64,000 bases of DNA from Candidatus Micrarchaeota archaeon (GTDB lineage: Archaea > Micrarchaeota > Micrarchaeia > Micrarchaeales > Micrarchaeaceae): the NCBI GenBank assembly GCA_021792775.1, contig JAJYTZ010000001.1, forward strand, positions 4,965-68,964, given 5' to 3'. Position 1 is the first letter of the stretch; each line of letters starts with the position of its first letter. Below the pieces are notes generated by a model, which saw nothing but the letters and a program-made list of their open reading frames with translations, was not told where the DNA came from and searched no databases. Made by a program: the position numbers and the translations under genes. Of the stretch, positions 30,901-40,231 are shown in pieces.

Positions 30901-31406
30901 TCGGCGGCTCCGAATTCTCGAAAATCTGGTTCACGCACGAGAGCTCTATAAGCGCAATATCCGATTCCCCTATGCGCAGCTTCTACACCACTATGAAGAC
31001 CATGGATGAGAAAGTGGAGGAGCAGTTTAAACTTATGGACGTTCTGTGCAGCATAGACCGGAAGGATACCGCAAGCAGGCTGATAACAAACCATTTCATA
31101 CCTGACCTGATGGGGAACCTTCATTCATTCTCGAAGCAGAGATTCAGGTGCATATCGTGCAATGCCAAATATAGGAGGGTGCCGCTTGCAGGAAAGTGCG
31201 AGCGATGTGAGGGGAGGATAGTACTCACGATATCGAAGGGAGGGATAGAGAAATATCTTGGGATGGCTACAGACCTTGCGGAGAGGTATGATTTGGATCC
31301 GTACATAAAACAGCGTGTCCATCTCCTTAAAAATGAGATAGATACCGTATTCGGCGTGGGGAGCGGGGCTAATCCGAAGCAATTCAGCCTTGCGAAATTC
31401 CTGTAA
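27975..31406 (+). CDS. polD2: DNA polymerase D large subunit DP2
   Basis: AGPIRGAGGT, RLRYGRSR, RMGRPEKA, RRNCDGDED, Zn fingers, PIP-like QFSLAKFL; no intein. Confidence 0.97.
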   Translation: MEIERYFEELNKGFEAANRVASNARSKGYDPSDRVEILAAPDLASRVEGIIGVEGIADIIREESENSKSRQELAFRIVNRICEDEDVAKAIKADGKLERMNMSVRIGLAVLTEGILVAPTEGFQGVEIHRNPDGSDYVAALYAGPIRGAGGTGAALSVALLDLARKHMGIGTYKAQAKEVERYLEEIQMYNARAARLQYFPPEDDIRTIFENCPVCIDGLPTEEFEVSLHRDIVRIDASGKEERMTNRIRGGIALVSCEGIAQKAKNMLKYTKIAQLDWNWLNNIIKVDKGSAQHENIEKDAVFLHEQVAGRPVFAYPEHPGAFRLRYGRSRFTGIAAKGLNPATMLLLRFIAVGTQLKIEKPGKGCIVMPVDSIEGPFVKLKSGEAFRVNDIATAREVYGNISKILSVGDLLVTLGDFKKSNTKLMPTSYVEEYWSAQLKEKGNEGIASSFKKAYEISKKYGVPLHPRYLYDYSDMQDYEIPILAEAIRHSSLRMDRRGEFLFNLEAILFTGELGRIRSIIERICIPHFDFGDRIEIRGDDAQSILSAFGFAREGIIDLSVRKMDGTNALGMLNSVSELELRKRAYRIGGRMGRPEKAKERLMKPAPNLLFPVGEHGGKDRNLSKAYFIEGKKLKSGGVILDVASFRCSIGKEYIESAFCSVHGCRAKIERKCRKCGARTSEKLCLTCEAPTYSNEQREVDILKTMNSALANLGINSVPKSVKGVAGLVSRDRISEPLEKGILRSLHNVYIFKDGTARFDATDAPITHFYPKEIGTSVEKLRELGYTADCFGNELVSDDQLVELMHQDVILNRGAGDYFLRVSKFIDDLLDKHYKTERFYNLGSAGDLVGHCVITLSPHTSAGVLGRIIGFTDATIGLCHPYLVCARRRNCDGDEDTTMLLLDGLINFSKEYLPTTIGGTMDAPLILTLNVNPAEVDDEVHDMEVVKDYSLDFYETTFGMGSPSGTHVESVKGRLGGSEFSKIWFTHESSISAISDSPMRSFYTTMKTMDEKVEEQFKLMDVLCSIDRKDTASRLITNHFIPDLMGNLHSFSKQRFRCISCNAKYRRVPLAGKCERCEGRIVLTISKGGIEKYLGMATDLAERYDLDPYIKQRVHLLKNEIDTVFGVGSGANPKQFSLAKFL

Positions 31407-31408
31407 TT

Positions 31409-31505
31409 CGCCGGGATTGGGATTTGAACCCAAACTTCCTTGCGGAAACCAGATCTCGAGTTTCGCCCATATGTCTGGCGCAATACCGGTTTCTGCCATC
31501 CCGGC
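31409..31505 (-). tRNA. tRNA-Ser(CGA) with 13-nt intron at non-canonical position (31/32 or 32/33)
   Basis: GCCGGGA/TCCCGGC acceptor, CCAGA/TCTGG anticodon stem, CT-CGA-GA loop after removing 31461-31473, long variable arm, G73. Confidence 0.88.
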
Positions 31506-31538
31506 AGAATCTCTTTTCTCTAACAAAACTTTTATAGT

Positions 31539-33134
31539 TTGAGGCTGTATGATAACCTGGTTAGAATGGATAGTATTGGGCCCAGATACAGGAAAAACAT
31601 ATTTTTCGGTGTTGGATTTAGCCGTAGGCTGCTCATACTTGCGATATTCTTTGCCTTGTCTGTGGCTGGAGCATCATTCTCCATCTACCTGTTACTTATA
31701 GCAAACAGCGCATACATGTACCTCATTGCGATTCTTTTCCTTGTCTTGTCGTTCATTACGGGCTCGTTCAACACATATGCCGCTTACCTTTACTATAAAT
31801 CATATTTCTACATGGACCATATGAAAAAGGTTGCAAGGGAGATGAGACCGATGTCGGTGTACCCGAAGGTGTGCGTGATAGTGCCGATAAAGAATGAGGA
31901 TTCGCGTATAGTCAAAAGGACGCTTGCGGGCATCCTTTCAATAGATTATCCCAGAAAGAAACTGGATGTAATACTTTCTGATACAAGCGATGCAACAAAC
32001 AGGTCAAGCACTCTTGAGAGCTTCTGCAGATCCAACGGAATAAGGTATATATCCGGTAAAAGCATAAATGGGAAGGCTGGCTCTCTGAATGTGGCACTCA
32101 GGCAGGTGGATGCGGAATTTGTAGCTGTGTTTGATTACGACGAGAAAATTGTCAGAAAAGGCTTTCTGAAGGAGCTGCTCCCTTATTTCCAGGACGAGAA
32201 GATAGGATACATACAGACAGAGAAGAGCTATTTCAAGGGAAGTTTCTTCTCCCAGACGGTCGACCTATTCGACAAATTCTTCTTCAATTTCATAGAGCCG
32301 GCAAGAGCGATAAACAACACAGCCATATATGCAGGGTCGTGCGGTATAATAAGGAAATCTGTACTTGACAAAGTCGGCGGATTTCCGGAATATGTTACCG
32401 AAGATACGTTTTTCAGCTTTGAGGCATGTGGATTGGGCTACAAGAGTATGTATGTGCCGGTAGTTTATGCGAAGGGAATACAGGTAAAAAGTTTCAGCGC
32501 ACTCGCAAAGCAGCAGTGGAGATATAACTTTGGGGACACGGAGTTCATGAGATATTACGTCGGAGAAAAAAAGAACATCAGGGGGTCTGTAATAAGCCAT
32601 ATAGACTATGTGATGCATGGGATGGGGCTCAGTTACATATCGGTCATGCTCATATCCTTCACTGTGCTTTCTGTCCTTATAGTCTTCTCTGCAGCATCAA
32701 TAACACACATCTCCTTGCTGCAGATGCTGAACCTGGAGAACGTTGCAACAGACCTTGAGATAATAGGATCTTCCGCGCTATTCTTGTCAATATTTGCGCC
32801 GGTCATAATGACAAAGGTCTACTTTGGCTCCTTCAAGAAGGGACTCATGCTATTTGCATTGAACTACGCTTTGGCTGTAACTAGGACGATGGCAGCTATA
32901 TCTGTATTCACAAAAAAGAATCCATTTGCCGTGTGGAGCAGGCAGAAGACCAGCAAGAAAGGGAGTATCCTATACTCGCTTGTGAGTACAAGGCTGGAGC
33001 TTTTGTTTGCGGGCATAGTCCTGATCTTCAGCTACCTTGCACTGAGCGCAAGCAACATACTGGGCGGATTCTGGCTTGCATGGTATGGGATAATGTACGG
33101 GCTTGCGACTTTGTTTGTATATAAATACGGATGA
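31539..33134 (+). CDS. Processive GT2 (cellulose synthase-like) membrane glycosyltransferase
   Basis: KAGSLN, DYD, TED and QQWRY (QxxRW-like) motifs; TM helices at both ends. Confidence 0.88.
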   Translation: MRLYDNLVRMDSIGPRYRKNIFFGVGFSRRLLILAIFFALSVAGASFSIYLLLIANSAYMYLIAILFLVLSFITGSFNTYAAYLYYKSYFYMDHMKKVAREMRPMSVYPKVCVIVPIKNEDSRIVKRTLAGILSIDYPRKKLDVILSDTSDATNRSSTLESFCRSNGIRYISGKSINGKAGSLNVALRQVDAEFVAVFDYDEKIVRKGFLKELLPYFQDEKIGYIQTEKSYFKGSFFSQTVDLFDKFFFNFIEPARAINNTAIYAGSCGIIRKSVLDKVGGFPEYVTEDTFFSFEACGLGYKSMYVPVVYAKGIQVKSFSALAKQQWRYNFGDTEFMRYYVGEKKNIRGSVISHIDYVMHGMGLSYISVMLISFTVLSVLIVFSAASITHISLLQMLNLENVATDLEIIGSSALFLSIFAPVIMTKVYFGSFKKGLMLFALNYALAVTRTMAAISVFTKKNPFAVWSRQKTSKKGSILYSLVSTRLELLFAGIVLIFSYLALSASNILGGFWLAWYGIMYGLATLFVYKYG

Positions 33135-33138
33135 TTCA

Positions 33139-33450
33139 CTGATATACATTAAGAGGCATGAAACTGAGAACGGAGTCATAATAGCGATGTGCGACGAGGA
33201 GCTCGTAGGCAAGATCATATCGGAGGGGGAGATAGTGATAGACATAGATATGTATGCTGATTTCTATAAAGGGGAGCTCATCGAGGCAAAGGATGCGCCT
33301 GCAGTTGACTCGATAGATGGGTTCTCCTCTGCGAATATCGTTGGAGAAGAGGCGTGCAAGGCCGCGGTAAAGTCGGAAATGATTGATGCGGGGAATGTGA
33401 AGATTGTGGGAGGTGTCCCGTTCGCTCAGTCTTTCAGGATCAAGAGCTGA
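33139..33450 (+). CDS. DUF424 family protein (start uncertain, possibly CTG 33139)
   Basis: IYIKRH...IAMCDEELVG...FYKG...ANIVG...VPFAQ. Confidence 0.85.
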   Translation: MIYIKRHETENGVIIAMCDEELVGKIISEGEIVIDIDMYADFYKGELIEAKDAPAVDSIDGFSSANIVGEEACKAAVKSEMIDAGNVKIVGGVPFAQSFRIKS

Positions 33451-34543
33451 TCCGCTTCGCAAAGAGGGTAATCTCTCGTCTGTTCTTAATGAGTTTCTTG
33501 AAGGTTATGGAGCTGTATGATACCGGCAGCTCTGAAAGCGCGTATTCTATCGCATCTTTTGGGTGGCGGTTGTTTATCTTAATGGTCAAGAGGAGAAGGC
33601 CACCGCTCTTTACGAACCTTGAAAGCTCGAGAGCGCATCTTATGCTTTCTGTATAGTGTGTGTTTGAATCGACCATCAGCATCTCGGCCTTCAGCTGATC
33701 GGGAATCGGGACTGCTGCCTCTTTGAAGTTGCTCTTTATGTGTATCAATCGAAATTTCCGATCTGATGCGCCTGAGGCACATACGCTTATTGCAGGGTCT
33801 ATCATTTCCGCGATCCTTTTCATTTTATCCTGTTCTTCAGGTTCAGCCACTATTTCAATCGGTCCGTATCTTCGAAGCTGCTTGTATTCCAGCTCTGCTT
33901 TGTCTACAGCTATTACCCGTTTTCCGTTTCGGAGCATTAGGTCGGTCCAGCCTCCGGGGGCTGCGCCGATATCTATGCATGTGTCCACTATAGAGAGGTC
34001 TATCCCGAAACGGAGTATGGCCTCTTCCAGTTTTGACTCTGCGCGGCTTATGTAGTCCGTTTTTTCTTGCAGAGGCCGGAAAATAGTGCGTATAGCATAT
34101 ACCGAGGCGGAATCTTCTGCTATGCCAAATATGGCAACAGTGTCTTTTATAATCAGAAGAACTGCACAATCTGGCTTAGTAAGATCCACAAGATGTTCCT
34201 CAGACTCTATCCCCTCTCCAAGCTTTATCTCGATCTCTCTGTTGCTATCGAATTGCGATGATGCGTCTATAAGGAATATCCTAAAACTGAGACCTGGCTT
34301 TAACGACCCGGATATGGGCGCTGAGAGATCCGTGATGTCACTGAAGTCTGCGAACTGTGCGGGTATGAGAGAGTATGTGAAGATCTGAGATCCGTATATT
34401 CTCAACTCTGATGGTACACTGAGGACATGCGTATATTTGTCGATTATAAGCTCTTTTGCTCCTTCTGGTGGCAGACAGATCTCAGACTTTGCCTCCTTTA
34501 CAAACCTCGGATCTGATAGGAGTATGTATGTGAGATCTGACAA
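33440..34543 (-). CDS. THUMP + FtsJ-like RNA methyltransferase
   Basis: VDL.KPD THUMP-like region, ISRAESKLEEA, DIGAAPGGWT. Confidence 0.85.
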   Translation of the reverse strand: MSDLTYILLSDPRFVKEAKSEICLPPEGAKELIIDKYTHVLSVPSELRIYGSQIFTYSLIPAQFADFSDITDLSAPISGSLKPGLSFRIFLIDASSQFDSNREIEIKLGEGIESEEHLVDLTKPDCAVLLIIKDTVAIFGIAEDSASVYAIRTIFRPLQEKTDYISRAESKLEEAILRFGIDLSIVDTCIDIGAAPGGWTDLMLRNGKRVIAVDKAELEYKQLRRYGPIEIVAEPEEQDKMKRIAEMIDPAISVCASGASDRKFRLIHIKSNFKEAAVPIPDQLKAEMLMVDSNTHYTESIRCALELSRFVKSGGLLLLTIKINNRHPKDAIEYALSELPVSYSSITFKKLIKNRREITLFAKRISS

Positions 34544-34552
34544 AACACCACC

Positions 34553-34891
34553 TTAGCCCTTTAGGCTTATTATAGCGGCGGCTATGTCTCCGTTCGATTC
34601 CTCCAACGCAGCCATTGCGGAGTTCTTGTCTTTCCCTGTAGAGTCCATCACTGTCTTTATGTCATCCTCGGTTATCTCGACTTTGGTTTCTATCATAGAT
34701 TCCGACACGTCGCCGGATATCTGAAAACTGACGCTTCCCTGCGCCTCGATTCTCGTTACCTGCGGCTCCCTGATCTCGATTCTTTTGTCATCGCACTCTA
34801 TAATGACCATTTTCGCGTCTATCTCGGAGGATTTTATCCCCATCTTCTCCATCATGCTCTTTAGCTGTCTAGGATCTATATTTGGCATCAT
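34553..34891 (-). CDS. nac: Nascent polypeptide-associated complex protein
   Basis: DPRQLKSMMEKMGI...FQISG...ALEESNGDIAAAI. Confidence 0.93.
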   Translation of the reverse strand: MMPNIDPRQLKSMMEKMGIKSSEIDAKMVIIECDDKRIEIREPQVTRIEAQGSVSFQISGDVSESMIETKVEITEDDIKTVMDSTGKDKNSAMAALEESNGDIAAAIISLKG

Positions 34892-34895
34892 GCAA

Positions 34896-35633
34896 TCAAC
34901 TCAAATGTTTGGTAATGTACTGCGCAGCTATCTCTCCAGGGTTTATTATATTATCCATGCCTATGCTCCTTAACTGTTTTTCGACGGCCGGCTTTTCCGC
35001 GACAATCACTATATTGTCACGCTTGGAGATGTTTTTGACAAGCAATGAGACATATACTGTCAGAGAATCGTTTCTCATATCTATTATTATCTTTTTGGCC
35101 TTGTCGAGATTCAATGTGCCCATTTCATTTTCGGAAGTGACATCGACGAAGAATGCCTTTTGGCCCTCCGCATTAAGCTGGTCTACCACCACTTTGTCTG
35201 AAGAGACAAGTATCACACGTTCGTTCTTTGACTTTAGCGTGTGGTCTAAGGTCGCGTTGGTCGGGCCATACCCTATCAGCACTATGTGATTATGCAGCCG
35301 TCTCCGTTCCGTGCTGCTTAGCCGTCCTGCGAAAGATTCCAATCTTTTATTCATTATATCACTTGATAAGGATGTTAAAACGAATGCGAATAACCCGAGA
35401 CCCACAACTATCAGTATTATTACAAATATTCTGGCGAGGGCACTTATAGGGAATATGTCTCCGTATCCGACTGTAGATATCGTTACTATTGTGAAATATA
35501 TAGCTTCGACAAAGTTATTTATCCTGATGTTGAAGTTTCCGGTGGTGTGGCCCAAAAAATAAGTGATAAGGGAGCCGCTGAGTATAACCAACAGCAAGAC
35601 AAGCGCATAATAAAATAGGATGATTCTTTTCAT
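34896..35633 (-). CDS. Potassium channel with RCK/TrkA-N domain
   Basis: TVGYGD selectivity filter, HIVLIGYG. Confidence 0.92.
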   Translation of the reverse strand: MKRIILFYYALVLLLVILSGSLITYFLGHTTGNFNIRINNFVEAIYFTIVTISTVGYGDIFPISALARIFVIILIVVGLGLFAFVLTSLSSDIMNKRLESFAGRLSSTERRRLHNHIVLIGYGPTNATLDHTLKSKNERVILVSSDKVVVDQLNAEGQKAFFVDVTSENEMGTLNLDKAKKIIIDMRNDSLTVYVSLLVKNISKRDNIVIVAEKPAVEKQLRSIGMDNIINPGEIAAQYITKHLS

Positions 35634-35687
35634 AGTTCATTACCGACATTTCACAATAGAGATAGCATGCATCTTGCCGGGACACAT

Positions 35688-35828
35688 TCAACAACAGTCA
35701 CATTTGCATGATTTTGTCTTGCCGTTGCAGTGTGCGCAGTTGCAACATGAACAGCACCCTGTGCAGCATGCCTCCGCCTTAGATGGTTTTGACGACCTTG
35801 AACTTTTCTTTGTGCTCTTTTTCGGCAT
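35688..35828 (-). CDS. Metallothionein-like Cys-rich small protein (46 aa, not in ORF track)
   Basis: MPKKSTKKSSRSSKPSKAEACCTGCCSCCNCAHCNGKTKSCKCDCC*; 12 Cys; GGTA before ATG. Confidence 0.75.
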   Translation of the reverse strand: MPKKSTKKSSRSSKPSKAEACCTGCCSCCNCAHCNGKTKSCKCDCC

Positions 35829-35884
35829 ATTACCGATTATGTTTGTATGCACTTATTTTTAGCCCTTTTGTCTGTTTTGTCTGA

Positions 35885-36595
35885 TTAGTGGACAGTATCT
35901 GATTTAGAACCGGAAGCGCTGGAGGTACCAGAACGACGTCTATTGCGCTTCGCAGGTTGATGTGGTGTGTATTTTCCGCCCCCTTTGGGAGGTGATTGTC
36001 CGTTCGCGAAATGGAGAAGAAAGTAATCCCTAAGGTCTGATATTGTAGCATTGTAATTGAGTAGCCTGTGCCTGACAGTGCCTACGATTTCAGAAAAGAC
36101 AAGATATCGCTTGCTTTCAGTTATCCAGCTTATCAAGCTTTCACCTGAATTATTATTCATAAAATTGGTTATTGACCTTATAACGCGTGCTTCGGCACGT
36201 GCGTATGTTAGGCGTGGGGCGAAGAATTTTCTACCAGACCTTTCTGTCTTTTTCTTTAGGAGGTCCAGACTTCTGGATATCTTCTGTAGTTCCTTAAGCG
36301 CAGGGTGCTTCCTCGGTTTCACGATTCTGGATTCGGCTGTCGATATGGCAGCGGCTATCGACTTTGCTTTAACAATGTCGCGTACAAGACCAGCAGCAAA
36401 CTCTTTTGTCTCTTGGTCGTGATATCCGTCTGTCTTTATTATGTTAGTTGTAGTTCGCATAAGAGTTCGCATAAATCCGGAAAAGCTAACTACGCTATCC
36501 GGAGGATTTCTTAGATATTTTAGTTGTTCTGTTATAATGCCTGCATGTAGGGCAACTTGACTTAGAGAATCTTCTACCTTTTTACGTCTATCCAT
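35885..36595 (-). CDS. Hypothetical protein
   Basis: 236-aa ORF on the same strand as its neighbours, no motif. Confidence 0.5.
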   Translation of the reverse strand: MDRRKKVEDSLSQVALHAGIITEQLKYLRNPPDSVVSFSGFMRTLMRTTTNIIKTDGYHDQETKEFAAGLVRDIVKAKSIAAAISTAESRIVKPRKHPALKELQKISRSLDLLKKKTERSGRKFFAPRLTYARAEARVIRSITNFMNNNSGESLISWITESKRYLVFSEIVGTVRHRLLNYNATISDLRDYFLLHFANGQSPPKGGGKYTPHQPAKRNRRRSGTSSASGSKSDTVH

Positions 36596-36600
36596 TTAAA

Positions 36601-37476
36601 TCACTTATTATTTCTGTTTTCTGATATATAAGCATTTTGGTTGTACGCTGAAGAGTGATGTTGCTTAGGGAGTGCACCTCTCTGTGATCCCTTCCTTCTT
36701 TTTAGGAAGGGTACTCCGAAGTATGCCAATGCAAGAGATGCGACCGATATCAGGAAGATAAGGATCTCGAAATGGAAGATGCCGATACTCTTGGAGAATG
36801 GTACGAAGAAATCGACAAGCCCCATCGGAAGTGCAAGTGCCAAATATTTCTTCCTTCCGTAGAAAGCTGCGGCAAATGCAAGTATGCCCCATGAGAGATG
36901 GATTATTATTGAAGATACCCTTTCAAGTATCCCTAAGAGGATGGATACGGTTGGAATTCCTCCAAGAAGGAGGGATGGGTTCGAAGAGGCGATAGAGTTA
37001 TACACTGTTGAAGAAGCGGCGGTCCCGCCATGGATTATTGCGAATGCGCTTATGATGTTTATAATGGGGAGCACACCCAGAAGGATTCCGTTTTCCCAGA
37101 ATGCGAGCAGAAGGCCGTATGATATTCCATCAATCGCCTTAGTTTCTCTCTTCCTGACAAGGTATCTTGCAAATATGTACGCAAGCCCTACTTCAAGTAT
37201 GGCGGTCTGAAGGCCGTAATATAGGCCTTGTATGTAAAGATTTTGAGGCAGATACCCAATGGTAAGCTCCTGGAACACCACCTTTACCGTAATCGCAATT
37301 GCATATGCAAATAGCGAATACATCAAGATGATGAAGCCGAACCTCCTCTTTCTGTACCAGTACATTACAAGAATGGTGGATATTAAGACTGCGGCGATAG
37401 GCTCGAGAAGGTACCACAAGTTTATATCCTGCATTGTTACCATCGGATTGAAAGTATTAATAATCATTCTACACAA
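36601..37476 (-). CDS. YhfC/PrsW-like intramembrane glutamic protease
   Basis: Polytopic; LEVG, YG..FWEN, ER.S...H motifs; start uncertain. Confidence 0.7.
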   Translation of the reverse strand: MCRMIINTFNPMVTMQDINLWYLLEPIAAVLISTILVMYWYRKRRFGFIILMYSLFAYAIAITVKVVFQELTIGYLPQNLYIQGLYYGLQTAILEVGLAYIFARYLVRKRETKAIDGISYGLLLAFWENGILLGVLPIINIISAFAIIHGGTAASSTVYNSIASSNPSLLLGGIPTVSILLGILERVSSIIIHLSWGILAFAAAFYGRKKYLALALPMGLVDFFVPFSKSIGIFHFEILIFLISVASLALAYFGVPFLKRRKGSQRGALPKQHHSSAYNQNAYISENRNNK

Positions 37477-37490
37477 GTCTGTAAGATATT

Positions 37491-38468
37491 ATGCAACACC
37501 AAAGCAAGCACGATTCTGATCCTGATGCAGGATATTCTGGAGGTACGGCAATTGCTGTTGATTTATTAGTGCTCGCAGCCATTTCTGGCATTGCATGGTT
37601 CTTCACCGGAAGTGTGTTTGTCTCTGTGGCAGTATTCTTTTTCGTACTGATGATACTTTTAGCCCTCTCTATCAGAGTCCTTGACCAATGGAACAAGATG
37701 GCTGTGCTTAGGCTTGGGAAGTATAAAGGAATTATAGGCCCTGGACTATTCTTCATAGTGCCTGTGATAGACTCCACTCCAATAAAGGTAGATACAAGAG
37801 TCATAAGCACTGCATTCAAGGCAGAGAAGACCCTTACAAAAGACAACGTCCCGGTAGATGTGGATGCGATACTGTTCTGGAAGGTGCGGGATTCGAAGAG
37901 CGCGATACTGAACGTACAGTCATATTACGATTCGGTGCTGCTCGCCGCACAAACAGCCATGAGGGACGTTATAGGGAAGAGCGCACTAGCATCCATGCTT
38001 GCTGGCAGAGACATAATAGGGAATGATATAAAGGGACTTATAGAGGAGAGGGTAAAGGATTGGGGGATAGAAGCGATATCTGTAGAGATAAGAGATGTTA
38101 CCATACCGGACGAGCTCCAGAACGCCATGGCGCGAGTTGCGACTTCCGACAGAGAGAAACAGGCGCGGGTCATACTCGCGGAGAGCGAATCCCTCGCTGC
38201 GGATAAGATGCTTGAGGCTGCAGGAAAGTATTCGAACCATCCCCAGGCGATGCAGCTCAGGGCACTTAACATGATGTATGAGATAAGCCTTACCGGGAAG
38301 AACGTTATGGTATTCATACCTACAGAGAGCAGAGGGCTCAGCATACCTGTGCCGTTCGGGCTGGCTGGAATAGATGAATACCTGAAGAAGGGAAAATTTG
38401 AGGGATCTACGATAACGCCCAAACCGAAGGGGAAGGAAATCAAGGTGCAGATTCCTCTAGACGAATGA
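37491..38468 (+). CDS. SPFH/stomatin (slipin) family protein
   Basis: VLRLGK...GPGLFF..P..D, TKDNV.V.VDA, AQT.MR.VIG, AMQLR. Confidence 0.93.
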   Translation: MQHQSKHDSDPDAGYSGGTAIAVDLLVLAAISGIAWFFTGSVFVSVAVFFFVLMILLALSIRVLDQWNKMAVLRLGKYKGIIGPGLFFIVPVIDSTPIKVDTRVISTAFKAEKTLTKDNVPVDVDAILFWKVRDSKSAILNVQSYYDSVLLAAQTAMRDVIGKSALASMLAGRDIIGNDIKGLIEERVKDWGIEAISVEIRDVTIPDELQNAMARVATSDREKQARVILAESESLAADKMLEAAGKYSNHPQAMQLRALNMMYEISLTGKNVMVFIPTESRGLSIPVPFGLAGIDEYLKKGKFEGSTITPKPKGKEIKVQIPLDE

Positions 38469-38559
38469 CGGTGTTGTAGTTAGAAGGATGGCACCTTGCA
38501 GCACCCATTGTGGGTAGCCTACGCGCCTCAAATAAATATTTTGCTATGCATACCTTACC

Positions 38560-39000
38560 ATGCTGATTTCTTTCAAGGATAAGACAGAGATAAAAACTGG
38601 CTCGGAAGAGCTTATTTCCTTTTTATCTGATACAGAAAGGACCGCAAAGTGCGTACCAGACTCGAAAGAGTTTGCGCGTATAGACGATACACGTTTCTCT
38701 ATAATAGTGAATCTCGGGGTGGGGATTGTCAGAGGAAATTTCAAGATGGACGGCAAGGTAAACGTGATTTCCGAGAACCGTCTCTCCTATTCACTTTCCG
38801 GGAAAGGACTTGGAAGCGAGATAAGAATAAGGCTTGACCTAGTCGTTGATGGATCCGGTAATACTTCTGTGCTATCGTGGAGCGCAGATGCGGAGCTGAG
38901 AGGAGTGATAAGCGGGGTAGGGGAAGGAATATTAAGAGGCGTTGCTGAAGAAAAGATTAGGAAGATAGTCTCTAATATAAGGGGGTCTATTGAGAAGTAG
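38560..39000 (+). CDS. CoxG/SRPBCC-family protein
   Basis: FLSD.E..AKCVP, W.ADAEL.G. Confidence 0.8.
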   Translation: MLISFKDKTEIKTGSEELISFLSDTERTAKCVPDSKEFARIDDTRFSIIVNLGVGIVRGNFKMDGKVNVISENRLSYSLSGKGLGSEIRIRLDLVVDGSGNTSVLSWSADAELRGVISGVGEGILRGVAEEKIRKIVSNIRGSIEK

Positions 39001-40227
39001 GTGGATAGAATGGAGGAGCTGTTTGCTAAATCTATAGAATATGCATCGCTTATGCATAAAATATCTGAGGATGAGATGAAGGTGCTTATCTCCGCCGACA
39101 AGGCGGGAGACGAGCTCGCCGGGCCAGAATATGAGCACTACATGAAGCGTGAGTTCAACTCTGAAACTCCCGGGATACTTTCTAGGAATTCCCTTCTCGG
39201 CCTTCCTGTCAGCAAAGAATACGGGGGACTCGACATGCCTCCCATAATCTCCGTTCTTGTGAAGGAAAGGTTGGGGCAGCTTGGAATGGGAATCTCCAGC
39301 TTCATGAACGTGCAGCTCTTTCTATGCGAACAGACAATAGAAAGATGGGGGAGTGATACGCAGAAAAAGGAACATCTGCCGAAAGCGGTAAAGGGCGAAA
39401 AGATATACGCTTTTGGGCTTACCGAACCTGAGGCGGGCAGCGATCCAGCATCATTGCGCGCAGAGTACAAGAGAGACGGATCTGCGTTCAAGATCACAGG
39501 CACCAAATATCTTATATCGAATGGCACAATATCCGATCACATCATAGTTTTTGCAAGAGAGAGGGATTCTGGAAAGATAAGTGCATTCATAGTAGACGCA
39601 AGAAGCGCGGGGATCGGAAGGATTGAGCTGAGGGAGAAAATCGGACTTTTTACATCGGATACAGGGATGATAGAGTTCGATGATGTTGAAATCCCGCAAG
39701 AGAATATGATAGGGAATGAGGGCGCTGGCATGCATATTGCATATTCTGCCTTGCTCAACGCGAGACTTGGAGTTGCGGGAGGATGCGTAGGAATCATAGA
39801 TAGCGCGCTCAAAGCGTCTGTAAACAGAGCAAGAGAGAGAATACAGCACGGGAAGGAGATAGGTAAGCATCAGCTCATTCAACAGCACATATCTGCGATA
39901 GCGCAGAACCTCGAGATGGCAAGATGGCCGACATACTATGCTGCAGTAAGGAAGCAGTATTATGAGAAGAATCCGGAAGATATAACGCTCATGGAAGAGA
40001 CCGAAAGGAATGTCTCTCTCGCAAAGAGAATAGCTTCAAGACTCGCCTTTGAGTCTGCAGACAGAGCTGTTCAGATACACGGAGGATTTGGATATTCTCT
40101 TATGTCGCCCGTTGGACAGCTTTTCTGCGACAGCAGAGTAGCAAGGATATATGAGGGCACAGACGAAATACAGGACCTCAAGATAGCATCTGGACTGTTA
40201 GGGAAGGGTTTTGAGGCGTATAGGTGA
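39001..40227 (+). CDS. Acyl-CoA dehydrogenase
   Basis: FGLTEPEAGSD, GTKYLISNG, R.Q.GK.I..HQ, QIHGGFGY, IYEGT. Confidence 0.95.
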   Translation: MDRMEELFAKSIEYASLMHKISEDEMKVLISADKAGDELAGPEYEHYMKREFNSETPGILSRNSLLGLPVSKEYGGLDMPPIISVLVKERLGQLGMGISSFMNVQLFLCEQTIERWGSDTQKKEHLPKAVKGEKIYAFGLTEPEAGSDPASLRAEYKRDGSAFKITGTKYLISNGTISDHIIVFARERDSGKISAFIVDARSAGIGRIELREKIGLFTSDTGMIEFDDVEIPQENMIGNEGAGMHIAYSALLNARLGVAGGCVGIIDSALKASVNRARERIQHGKEIGKHQLIQQHISAIAQNLEMARWPTYYAAVRKQYYEKNPEDITLMEETERNVSLAKRIASRLAFESADRAVQIHGGFGYSLMSPVGQLFCDSRVARIYEGTDEIQDLKIASGLLGKGFEAYR

Positions 40228-40231
40228 TTGG

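Noticed and set aside
28058..31124. Long antisense ORFs opposite polD2 and other core genes
   Set aside because: Shadow ORFs from codon bias; no motifs.
27975..31406. Intein in DP2
   Set aside because: Length and the contiguous RRNCDGDED region show no insertion.
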